Origin: Lytechinus pictus
Lineage: Eukaryota
DNA length: 64,000 nt
NCBI RefSeq assembly: GCF_037042905.1
Contig: NC_087248.1
Span: 10,850,001 to 10,914,000, forward strand
Direction of reading: 5' to 3'
Notes under the pieces: model-generated
What the model was told of the DNA's origin: nothing
The model's database searches: none
The model's input: only the letters and a program-made list of their open reading frames with translations
Shown: positions 39,767-50,641 of the stretch, in pieces
Layout of the letters: each line of letters begins with the position of its first letter
How positions within the stretch are numbered: the stretch's first letter is position 1
Position numbers and translations under genes: made by a program

Positions 39767-40867
39767 TCCGCACCAAACCAGATCACTCCCTTAATAATCG
39801 AGATATAAAATACACCCCTGATAACCTACTGATTCAAATTAAGTTAAAATAAAAATGATAAAGTAATAATGTACATAAAATTATGCACCTTAACCTCATC
39901 AAATACATTTGTAATCTTTCATTTTCATTACTCATTAGATATTGATCACGAAATTCTGTTATCAGATTATCACATATGCTCTTTGACACGAATCACATGA
40001 CGAAAGCGACTAAATTTATTTCTAAATACGTAGATTGGAGGGAAGTCAGTTACGATTTAGGGAATCACAGCAATGAAGTCGTTATGAAGAGAACGAGATA
40101 GATCCTGATCGGATTCAACTTCAACAATCCCTGAGAATTATAAAATGGTATGTTTTTTCCTTTCTTTATCTCTACATTTATCACTGTGGAAATGAAAACT
40201 TTACTTTTGAATCGATTTTATTCGACAACAGGCCTGCCTATATGAGATTAAAAACAGAGAATTGTTTTCATAACCTAAGATTTTTGTGTTTCACTGTTAT
40301 TCAAAATTCTTGGAGTGTTTCAGGCAGGGGTATATTCAAGTCCTGTACTTCCAGAGTCACGAGGCCGCTGGAGAAAACATTATCCAAAATAATTTGTACA
40401 CATACTCGGACCGAGGCAAAGACCAATGAGGGCAAAAATGGCCTCGAAGGTAGCCTCTTGTCGAGGCCCTGTCGGCTGCTTTCCGATCGAACATGGCGAA
40501 GCAAGGGAGAGAGAGCGAAGCAGAGCGCCGCGCGCGCCAGGCCTAGAAATCCCTCGCTTCGCTCGGGAAGCAGCCGCCAGGGCCTCGACAAGAGGCTACC
40601 TCGAAGGCGGCCTCGTATACATCCCTGGATTCAAGGCGACTACGAGACACATTATGTTCTTGCGATAGCTCCTACCTGCCTAAAGCTGCCAAAAATTAAA
40701 ACATTAAAACTACAAACATGTTCATCATATGTTCTGCTATCTAGCAAATTGACTATTGTAACTTCCTATAGTCATTCAAATAGTTGTTTTAACTCTTAGG
40801 TGATGTCTAATCTTCTCAATAATCATCACCTTCATTGTCACGTTTTACTCTTGCAGGAACGTCAATT

Positions 40868-41947
40868 ATGGCCTGGCTCCAGGATGCAGTTTTCTTCAAT
40901 AGATGCACTGTCATTTCTATAATTATTACATTAGTCTATCTGAGACAAACTTTCGGGCAGTCCACGAATTATAAATATCGTCTCGGATCAGATGCCAACA
41001 TCCCATTTTCGTATGTATTTACTGACGATTCTCAGCACTCCTGGGAAATCTTCAGAGTAGGCATCCATGACCCATTTAATATCAATGGAACCATGAACCC
41101 GGATGCTTTGAATCCAACCCAAATGGGTCGAATTATCGTAAGCGCCACATGGAGAGCAGGTTCTTTAAGTGTTAATCTGCATATTTTCAACATCTCAGAA
41201 TTAGACAGAGGTGTATATGTTTGGGTTGTTTCAAGTCATAGAAGAAAGGTCAAACGGGAGGTGAGAACATTCGATGTGTTTCTTGACGTAATTCGTCCAC
41301 CTAGTAGAGCAGTTTGTTTTGTTTCCATATCTCCGTATGATGCTGGTTTACGAGAGGTCCACTGTCAAGCAAACGTGGGAAGCGACGGGGCTGCTCAACT
41401 CATTTGCTACCAGGATGGTGAAAAAGCTACCTTTCAGAGTGCACCTGTTGTTTCATCTACCAAAGTAACTGGTGTCTTTTGGATGAATGTAAAGAAGAAT
41501 ATCCGATGCTGTTCTCATGAGGTTAACTATGTAACGGATCCCGGGGAATGCAAGGACTTTACGCGATCCGCCACAATTGAGTCAACATCAACTACAAAAC
41601 CAGTAACACCCATCTCAACAACTCTCAACATACTAATGAGTAAAGGGAAGACAGTGTTAACTGAACTCACAAATGACAGCAAACTTGTCACTGATTCTTC
41701 CACTTACACTCCAACGACATACGGCGATCATTATATCTACAAAGAATATACCATCAATCATATTACAGTTGTCTTTATCAGTCTATTTGTAATATCATCG
41801 TGTGCGTTGATAGCAACCCTATGTCTTATACGTGTCAAATACAGACCTCGTAAAATGAAGATATTAAAGGAATCTTCACAAGTGGAGATGCAACCGATGA
41901 ACCCAGATGGAAGAAGACAAGAAGGCCTGACGGAGACACAACCTTAG
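40868..41947 (+). CDS. Short IgSF membrane protein D, paralog of C
   Basis: ORF 40835-41947 with first ATG at 40868. Aligns with C over both domains (RLGSDANIPFSYVFTDD..WEIFRVGI.DPFNINGTM.PDALNP; LDRGVYVW; CYQD.EKATFQSAP; GVFWMN..IRCCSHE). TM ITVVFISLFVISSCALIATLCLI. Confidence 0.82.
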   Translation: MAWLQDAVFFNRCTVISIIITLVYLRQTFGQSTNYKYRLGSDANIPFSYVFTDDSQHSWEIFRVGIHDPFNINGTMNPDALNPTQMGRIIVSATWRAGSLSVNLHIFNISELDRGVYVWVVSSHRRKVKREVRTFDVFLDVIRPPSRAVCFVSISPYDAGLREVHCQANVGSDGAAQLICYQDGEKATFQSAPVVSSTKVTGVFWMNVKKNIRCCSHEVNYVTDPGECKDFTRSATIESTSTTKPVTPISTTLNILMSKGKTVLTELTNDSKLVTDSSTYTPTTYGDHYIYKEYTINHITVVFISLFVISSCALIATLCLIRVKYRPRKMKILKESSQVEMQPMNPDGRRQEGLTETQP

Positions 41948-42234
41948 GAAACAAAGACACTTACGAAGACTGAGTTTCCTGAAACGATGAAGGAAAGAGA
42001 ATGACGGAAAATAGAGTTTCGCGCAAAAACATATTAACCTTTATCACTTTCACCGTTCTCGGCATGTTAAGCTGTGACAAATGGACCATCAGCGAGATTA
42101 TTCAGTGATTGTTATAAACAGAAAGAAAAAAAAACAATAGTGAACTATGGGTTATAGTATTGGGATTGATACTAACAAAGGTGAATTACATATCTAGTGC
42201 GCGGCCTACTGGAACACCCATACTCAAACCCCAT

Positions 42235-42304
42235 CCACACACACACACACACACACACCCACTCACACCCACACTCACCCACCCTCACACACACACACAC
42301 ACAC
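42235..42304. repeat. (CA)n microsatellite
   Basis: Direct reading of the sequence. Confidence 0.9.
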
Positions 42305-42745
42305 AGCCTTATTAGTCCATCGCGACATATCTGCTTATAGTGGTAACCGCTTGAAATAGGCTTGATTCTTTCCTTGCTATCCTTTTCCCCCTTTCTTTGT
42401 ATTGCCATGTGAGAAAATGTGAATAAATTCGTACTCCTAAAAAAATGCATGCAATACATGTATATAAAAAAAAAGGAATTAAGAAAATTGCTGGAGAGGT
42501 TTCAAATGAAGTTTGTTTACATTTTTTTAGTTTATGTTTTTTCCCTAGATCCAACTGACACAAACAACCGAAAGTTATGTTTACGTCGGGTGAAAATATT
42601 CACTTCAGTAGCAAGGTTGTTCAAACAAGTTGAATATATATGTTTTATTTCCATGAATAAAAAATGCCAATAAATAATAAAAATGTACAGCAGGGGTTCA
42701 TTCGTTTTATTGCCTTGTTCTTTGGCGGAGCGTTAAAATCAGCTG

Positions 42746-43351
42746 ATACTAATCGTCAGTGCGCGTGCGAGATCACTAGGGTTTTTGATTTTTTTTCTAA
42801 CGGTGTCTTCAATGGGACAAATACGCCGGGAAAATAGAATGAAATTGAAATTCGAGTTTCGTTTTAAGCCGGCAAGTGCCTTAAATAAAATGTATTGGAC
42901 TACAGTTTTAACATAACAAACAAGCGAATTTTGACTACTGTTTTAACATAGTCACATTCCACATATTTGACCTGACTCAACCCGGACCTTAGAAGTTCGT
43001 GTGTTTGTGACCAATAACTTCAGTTCAGTACCACACGATCAAAATCGAGTGTGCGGAAAGAGAAGTACATGTTGGAGTAAATGGGAGATAATGATGTGTG
43101 ATGTACACAAAATTCAACAGAAATCAGGTCAAATATGTGGAATGTGATTATGTTAAAACAGTAGGCCAGTACATTTTATTTAAGGCACTTGCCGGCTTAA
43201 AACGAAACTCGAATTTCAATATATTTTCCCAGCGTGTTTGTCCCGTTGACGACACCGTAAGAAAAAAAAAAACCCGCATCGAAGAAGAAGAAGCATCGAA
43301 ATCTAAAACCCGAGTGATTTCGCACGCGCACGCGACCCGACTGATTAGTAT
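42746..43351. mobile_element. ~600-bp foldback element
   Basis: Arms atactaatc..gcgcgtgcgagatcact..cgagtttcgttttaagccggcaagtgccttaaataaaatgta..cacattccacatatttgacctga are mirrored at 43124-43351. Confidence 0.7.
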
Positions 43352-43605
43352 AAGCCTTAAAATCATCATTTTGCACGAACAAATTTCTGCGAGCTTTACA
43401 CCTCAGTCACATTTCCCCTACGGCGGCCGTACGGCGAGTCGAAAACAGCCGTTTAAACATTTTTGGACCAGCTACATATAAGTGATTTGAATAAAAAATT
43501 AAAACGGCTGTTTTCCACTCACTGCTTGGCGCCGTAGGGGAAATGTGACTGAGGTGTAAAGCTCGCAGAAATTTGTTCGTGCACAATGATGATTTTAAGG
43601 CTTTA
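43351..43605. mobile_element. Nested palindromic MITEs
   Basis: Outer arms aagccttaaaatcatcatt.tgcacgaacaaatttctgcgagcttta and their inverse enclose a copy of the 36311 family. Confidence 0.7.
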
Positions 43606-44194
43606 AGCGTAATATTCGTTAAATAATATACTTCCATCTGATAGATGAGACCGAATCCAAAATGCAAAAAAAAAAAAAATTGTAGTACGCATGGAATGTG
43701 TGTGTATGTGTGGGGGGGGGGGAGGTGGGTACGAGTGTGTGCTTGTGTTCACGAAGTTGCAACTGTCTGGGTATAGATTGTTTCGCGTGATTTGGATAAT
43801 GACCTATCACATGTATGTACAGTAGAGTGTTTTAGAGGACAGTGCGCGTGGAGATAATTTGAGTGTGGGTGAGTGTGATAGTGAGTCGATTGATGACTTA
43901 TGTCATAAATTTGTTTTATGCATTCTACCACGTTTCTTTAACATTGGAATATGAATGCATTTTTTAGGGGGGGGCGGTAGAGAGAGAGGAGAGAGAGTTT
44001 AGTTTCAATAATATTCAAGGGGTGATTTTCGTTGGGTTACTATGCGAGAGTGTGCGCCGTGGATATAAAATGCAATAAATTATGTAACACAAAAGGGAAA
44101 CTGGGTCATGACAGATATATTATACCTGTCATGACCCAGTTTGATATTGATGACAGAATTGATCATTGCAGTCATCGTAGCTACTCGGTAGATA

Positions 44195-44373
44195 ATGTCT
44201 AATTTTCTCAATAATCATCATGCACCTACATATTCACGTTTTACTCGACAATCAGGAACGTTTATTATGGCCTATAATTAGTCTACCTTAGACAACTTTC
44301 GGGGAGCTCAAAAATTACAAATTTTGTCTCGGATCAGAAGCCAACATCCCATTTTCGTATGTATTTACAGACG
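44195..44373 (+). pseudogene. Decayed 5' fragment of a third C/D-family gene
   Basis: Matches 40804-41027 (atgtctaat.ttctcaataatcatca..cacgttttactc..caggaacgt..attatggcct..tctcggatcaga.gccaacatcccattttcgtatgtatttac.gacga) with deletions, then similarity stops. Confidence 0.8.
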
Positions 44374-45287
44374 AGGGAGTGCAGCAAGGAAAATATTTGG
44401 CCTCCAAATGTGTTAACAACTTACTCCATTGATTAGCCGTTAGCAACAACTTATTCCCTTGATTATCAAACCATATTTGTAGATTACCTTTGTAAAAGGT
44501 CCATAATCATGTTAACATCCCCCTTTCCCTTTCTATGTATCGATATATTCATCTGTATTTCTACCTATTCATCTTTTCATCTCTCTATCTCACCCACTCT
44601 CTGTCTCCTTTTTTCTCTTCACCCATCCAACACACTCTCTCTTTGAGAATCCCATTCCTTGTTTCCACTCTCTTAATCTGTTTATCCATAGTTCATATTT
44701 AAACTACCATGCCTCTAAGTATTCAAATTGTGCATCTCCCTCATCCACATCTCTTTGAAATAAAAATAGTCGTATTAAATGCAATGTACCATATTTTATT
44801 GATGGATTATAAAAAACGTGCCTCCTCGATTTTTTTTCTTCACATTATTATTAATCAAATTTCGTTTTCCACTTGCCATTGACCGTAAAAAGAATTACAA
44901 TTTGGATTTTGTCACCATACTTGGATAGTAAAATGTGCTCGTCGATCTAAAACAAGTAGTGTCTATTTGCATATCGAACAATAATTCAGATAAATGCTTA
45001 AGAATAACTGGGAAGTTATATATATTTTTTTCTTAGTAACCTTGCTGGATAATCGTTGATAAATTATATATTAAGGTAGCATTACCATTCAAATATTCTA
45101 AGGACATGAAAGGTAATACCAACCAAGACGTTCGATACAATACATCGTACTTATATTACGGTGACGTACACCTACTACGGCATTATGATACAATATCATG
45201 ATTACATGAAAAATTACGTAATCATGAATTGCATACAAGAGTCTTGTGTCTGGTGGCTCTGACCCTCACTTTTGAAACAGATCATCA

Positions 45288-45470
45288 CGATCGTATGACA
45301 AGCCGTTTTAACATTTATTCACATTTTCCGATATCAAGAATTCGATTTCTTGATATCAAGAATTCAATTCTTGAGCCGTTTTAACATTTATTCACATTTT
45401 CTGATATCAAGAATTCGATTTCTTGATATCAGAAAATGTGAATAAATGTAAACGGCTTTCCATACGATCG
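45288..45470. mobile_element. Small MITE with internal 21-bp repeats
   Basis: TIRs cgatcgtatgacaagccgttt / aaacggctttccatacgatcg, with internal gatatcaagaattcgatttctt units. Confidence 0.65.
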
Positions 45471-46675
45471 CACATTACTTTCATTATGATAAGCAGGAAA
45501 TTCGTCCAAACTGTACAGCACTCAACCCAGGCGAGGTGAGGTACCAGACAATGTTTTTTGTGATAGGTAACGAGATAAACTACGCTTTATAATTGATTTT
45601 TTTTCGTAATTACTATATACAAACTACCAAGTGATTAAAGGGTTTTCACCGCGATGACATAGTTATGTATATGCATCATGAACGGGCCTACAACTATTGC
45701 TTAAATAATATGAAAATAGATTGCTACGATATTATAAGAGTAATGAATATAAGCTGGCAACTAAATATAGTTATCATGGGCGCTGAATTAAACAAAAGAG
45801 GTGTTAATTTGGATTAAAAAGTTGGAATCAAGAATGGTGAATTATTACCTCTCGATGAAGCATCGCTTCCAATTTTAAGATGGTTATTATTTTTCTACAG
45901 CCTGCAAAACCGGTTTCCAATTTTACAAAGTCCTGAGACTCCGCAGCTCTGAATAGATTTCTTAATTTGACAATCACCTTCTAAGTGGGTTCAGTTCTTT
46001 TAAAGCAGACACGAACCAGTAGCCTCCTCAAGTCTTTAACTACTCAAATCTGGCCAGGTTGCTAACCCATAATGCAACATTTTGAGCAGTGTAGTCTTGT
46101 CATTTAGGCCCATTGGAACGATATCACACCGATTCACTAGCTAATTTATTCTCTGTATTTCTCTGTATTATCAATAGTTATCTCAAAACGTATATTTTAA
46201 GACTAGCTATTTATAACACACAGTGAATGAGAGACACCACACAGTTCGCTCCCTCTTTAAAGTCAATGTGCCACAACCCTTTTAAATAGAGCCAGCGCAA
46301 GTACTATCTTACAAAGGTCATTTGTCCTTGCCGAGTATACAGTGCTTTGGTATGTAGTCTAACGATACTGTATGAACTATACATTTTGTAAAATACCTTA
46401 CAACATTCATATCACAACATTAAAGGTATGAAAACAAATAATGGTTTCCGCAATCTTAATTGCAATAAAGATTGAATGAAAATCGCAATTATCTCACAAA
46501 AGTTAATAAAACACAGTCTGAGTATTCTTTTGAATGGTATTATGTACCAAGGGTAACCATATAGTAAGCACAGACCATATGACCAAAGTTTCACTATGTG
46601 TTAGAGTTCCTTGGATATGTTGGAGCTCCGTGACACTTTAAGACAATCATCAGCAGTGGGAGAGAAATCATCAAA

Positions 46676-48961
46676 CTATTGTGCAGTCTGAAGATCATCC
46701 AGGTTGAGTGTCTTTGACTTGTAGTAAGCACTTTGTTTTTCGGAGGCTCCAAGATGGACCACATTCTTGTTCTCGTACACGTTTGATCCCGAGATCGACG
46801 AGATATCACTATACTCTCCTTCATACGAGTTGCGGATGTACGACGCTTCGTCCTCTGCGGTGGAAGAGTCCAAGCTTCCTGGACAACTGTAGCATGAGTT
46901 CCGGAACTCCATCGGCGGAGCAAATTTAATGGGAGACTCATCAAAATTATAAGAAGCGATGTGTGCTCGTCGGAGGTAATTCCTTGAAGCATTCCTAGTA
47001 TTGGTCATCTTGTCTTCATCAGGAGTGGCGTACAAAGGTTCGTCTTCCACGTGGCCATTGGTTCTAGGTTCTGGTGCAGGAGAGGATCGAGGTGGAGATG
47101 CAAAAGACCTGGCCAATGTCGTATGATACACACCGTCTAGCATATTCAGGGTGTTCCTTGATCGGCTCCAAACCTTCTGGAAAGCGAAGACAACACCAAT
47201 AACACAGGCAAGGAGAGTAAATCCTACGACGACGGCTACCACCAGCATCCAAGCCATATTCAGAGACCCTCTTGTAGAACTCGTCACCTCGTCAGAGTCT
47301 TTCAATATGGCAATTGCATGTGTCTTTGAAACTACAGTGGATGACTTTTCCTTGTCATGCCCTGCCGCTATTGAAGAATTCGTTAATATAAAGTTAGTTG
47401 TAGTTGGCGTCCTTTTCTCGGGGATGTTCTCAACATCTGTGACAGAAGAGGTCTGCAACATTTTATGTGCTGTTATTGGTGTTGTTGTGGTTGTTGTTGT
47501 GATTGTTGGTGTGTCAGTGTTTACTCGAGTGAAATAGTCGAACATGCAGGAAGCTATGTAATTTTCCTCCAGACTTCTTAGTTCGCATGCTACTACATGC
47601 ATATCTCTTTCGGTATTTTCAATTGATCTGCGAGGGAGCACCAATTGCCAATCGAGAGGGTCCTTAGCATTGTGATCATGATACTGGACACGAGAACCGT
47701 TGACGAACCATATAATCCGACTTACCCTGGGGACAATGTGGTAATTTCTGTTCTGAAATGAACAATGGAAGACATCACTCGTAGATCTCCATTGCCTTTC
47801 GACGACCAGACGATTATTTATGATTGTATCATTATTTACGGACTGTCCTTTCTCCTTATCATTCTCCAAGACTTCTTCTAACTCCTTAACAATGACCTCT
47901 CCGTTTGCAGTCAAAGAAGAGTTGGGACTCTTTTCGTTTTCTTGGCAAGTCTTCAGAGAAGACAAGTCAACGTAACTCACATCAATGGTAACAGTGTTTT
48001 CATCGCTACCCACAATATTCATTGCAGAACATGTCACTGTGACGTTTGCATCAGTACCTTCCAGATATGGCATTGTCAAGGATGCATCCAGATATGGACT
48101 GGAAGACTCACATGATTCGAAAGCGTCAGGGGGATCACAGGACCAGGACATTGCACTGACCTCGGGAAAGGAATTGGCTCTGCATCTCAGTCTTGTCTCT
48201 GAAATTATAGGAGGTGTCAACGAATCTCGGTCAGTCGTAACTTTTACACGAGGGGCATGGATGACTTTAAAAGGTGCTAGAGAGCAATTGACGTGTTCCC
48301 CTTCGAAGGCAGAACTGGTAGCAATGCAGCAGATTTCCCTATCATGGAGCTGTGGCTTTGCTCTCAGGGTATTCCTAATAAGTGTTTCGTCGGCATTTCT
48401 AGTTGAGTCCTGTGCCCCTAATAGGGTTGTAACTGAAGATTTCAGATGGCTGCACAACATCCATTTAAGAGTGATAGGTGGATTCGTATTCGGACCTTGA
48501 CACTCGATAGTAATTCTCTCATTTTCTCGGTAGAACGATTCAGGGTCCGGGAACCTTTTACACTCCATATCCGTTTCCTCCAAGAAGTACTGGACATTTA
48601 CTCCAACCAGAGGAGACGTTAGGGAGACATCTTCGCCATCTGCGAAACGGATGGATACCGTGCACTTGAAGTATTTCCGAGAATGGCGGTTTGTGTCCAG
48701 TAGTTGGAGGTTAGAGGTTACCACTGTCGAATTCAGTTCTTCGCTGATCAAGATAGACGCATCTAAATTCTGGTATGTTTTGTAGTTATCCGACCAAGTG
48801 ACTGACGCTGATTCGAATGGTGACCGAGCTTTTACAGAACAAACAAATATTGCAGGTCGACCCTCCTTCACAGTAACTCGGTAAGGCTGGATCAGAAATT
48901 CAGCCCGGTGTAAACCTTGTGCAGCAGGGGACATCAGGATGATCAAGAGCAGTAGCGACAT
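46676..48961 (-). CDS. Type I membrane IgSF receptor B (761 aa), divergent paralog of A; single coding exon
   Basis: Signal MSLLLLIILMSPAAQG. Four Ig-like domains colinear with A (KEGRPAIFVC..VTW..TSNLQL..FKC; ITIEC..LKW..ICC; LRCRANSFP..SWSC..VTCSAMNIVG; FHC..IWFVNG..VVACEL). Thr-rich stalk. TM WMLVVAVVVGFTLLACVIGVVFAF. Tail contains EPLYATP, YEGEYSDI and NVYENK. Confidence 0.87.
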   Translation of the reverse strand: MSLLLLIILMSPAAQGLHRAEFLIQPYRVTVKEGRPAIFVCSVKARSPFESASVTWSDNYKTYQNLDASILISEELNSTVVTSNLQLLDTNRHSRKYFKCTVSIRFADGEDVSLTSPLVGVNVQYFLEETDMECKRFPDPESFYRENERITIECQGPNTNPPITLKWMLCSHLKSSVTTLLGAQDSTRNADETLIRNTLRAKPQLHDREICCIATSSAFEGEHVNCSLAPFKVIHAPRVKVTTDRDSLTPPIISETRLRCRANSFPEVSAMSWSCDPPDAFESCESSSPYLDASLTMPYLEGTDANVTVTCSAMNIVGSDENTVTIDVSYVDLSSLKTCQENEKSPNSSLTANGEVIVKELEEVLENDKEKGQSVNNDTIINNRLVVERQWRSTSDVFHCSFQNRNYHIVPRVSRIIWFVNGSRVQYHDHNAKDPLDWQLVLPRRSIENTERDMHVVACELRSLEENYIASCMFDYFTRVNTDTPTITTTTTTTPITAHKMLQTSSVTDVENIPEKRTPTTTNFILTNSSIAAGHDKEKSSTVVSKTHAIAILKDSDEVTSSTRGSLNMAWMLVVAVVVGFTLLACVIGVVFAFQKVWSRSRNTLNMLDGVYHTTLARSFASPPRSSPAPEPRTNGHVEDEPLYATPDEDKMTNTRNASRNYLRRAHIASYNFDESPIKFAPPMEFRNSCYSCPGSLDSSTAEDEASYIRNSYEGEYSDISSISGSNVYENKNVVHLGASEKQSAYYKSKTLNLDDLQTAQ

Positions 48962-50067
48962 TATTGCCGCTAGTATTGGTTTAACATAAGCAATATAGTC
49001 TAGAAAGCAGTAAAAGTAATTTTAGGGAATCTGTATAAACAGCATGTCATGGCAATGAGGGGGAACCCTGGCTCAGCACAACTGACCCTCAATGCTGTGA
49101 TTGTGATGGGGTTTAATGTTTGTATGTAAAACATTTACAACGTCGAGCCTAGGGTCTACGTTTATTATATTCTAAGAAAGTCCAGATAGAGACATACACA
49201 CGATTACCGTCGTAATTTATCATGATGATAGTTTCCAAGTTTGTTGATGTCTTGGTTTCAATAACAGACCAACTTTCTAAAGCCGCCAAGTAGGAATTCT
49301 GACAGACTTTTGTTATTAATAGCGAGAGTGAACCATTAAGTAAAATCCATCTTAGGATTCAGTTCCAATACCAGTAATTTATCGTTGGAAGTGATGACAA
49401 CAATAATCAAGGGTGCTCAATAAGCAGCAATCGGAAGAATCTTGAAGAAGGAAATCATTTAAGATAGATTAATCAGTCCAGTGGTGATGATTTCAATCTG
49501 ATTTGTTAATCGTCATCAGTAGAAGCCGCCATAATTTTTTATGGCAAAGGTACTTTTCCAGGAATCAAAGCGCCTAAACTGATGCGGGTCCCAAATTTTA
49601 TAAATAATTGGAGGGGGCAGCGAGGCATGAGAAAGTGTTTTGATTTGCTTTGCAAGTTTGCATAGATGAAAGGGTGTCAATGACGATGGCGATCTCCCTT
49701 TTCAGATGCAAACAAAATGTTGACGTTAATTATGTTAATAACTGTATTTTGCCTCCCACTACAGCCAAATCCAAATCAAGCAGCCTATTCGAAATATATA
49801 CATGCGTTTTTTTCCTATCTTAAGTGATAGTCGGTGATTAACAGTGCCCGTTATCAGGTTATTCATTTTTTTTTTAAGTTCTCTTATTCTTGATAATATG
49901 GGGTGTGTTTCATGAAAGTTGTCAGCGCTGACAATTTCAGTCGAATCCTTGGTTTTGATCGGCCCAGTAGCTCTGGCCTCTGACTGATTCTATGGTAACA
50001 GTCGGAGAAAGAAAAATTGTCAGTACTGACAACTTTCATAAAAACGTTCCCACGATCCATCTTGACT

Positions 50068-50641
50068 TTGAAGGACAAGTCGACCACAACAAAAAATGAT
50101 TTGAAGAAAAACAAAAAATATCCAACACTGAGAATTTCATCAAAATCTGATGTAAAATAAGAAAGTTATGATATTTTAAATTTTTGCTTAATTTCACAAT
50201 ACAGTTATATGCACATCCTATGGTCGGTATGCAACAAGGAGACTGATGACGTCATCCTCTCACTATTTCTTTTGTACTAGTATTTTATTATAAGAATATT
50301 TCTCCTCATTGTCAAGTGAAACAACGATTAATACCTCCCTGAAAATGTGGAATTGGCATTGTTCTATTGTTCAGTCAAGTTGGTCTTTATTGTCACATCT
50401 GTAAAAAATGAAATATTGTATAATTCAAACAATAAAAAAAGAAATAGTGAGTGATGGACATCATTGACTGTCTCAATGAGCTGTGCATATCACTGTTTTG
50501 TGAAAAAATAAGCGAAACTTTAAAATGTCATAACTGTCCTATTTTACATCCGATTTTGATAAAATTTTCAGCGTTATGCTAGTTTGATGTTTCTCTATTT
50601 ATTCAAATCAACATTTTTTCTGGGGTGGACTTGACCTTTAA
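50068..50641. mobile_element. TTAA-type MITE with long TIRs
   Basis: aaggacaagtcgacc / ggtggacttgacctttaa, with subterminal aatttcatcaaaatc.gatgtaaaata mirrored. Relatives at about 17752 and 21934. Confidence 0.75.

Noticed and set aside
40242-40799. 185-aa ORF upstream of gene D
   Set aside because: Within the predicted intron, running through a GC-rich repetitive insert, with no recognisable domain.
45299-45460. CRISPR-like short repeats
   Set aside because: Adjacent repeats with no unique spacers, inside a TIR element, in a eukaryotic context with no cas genes.
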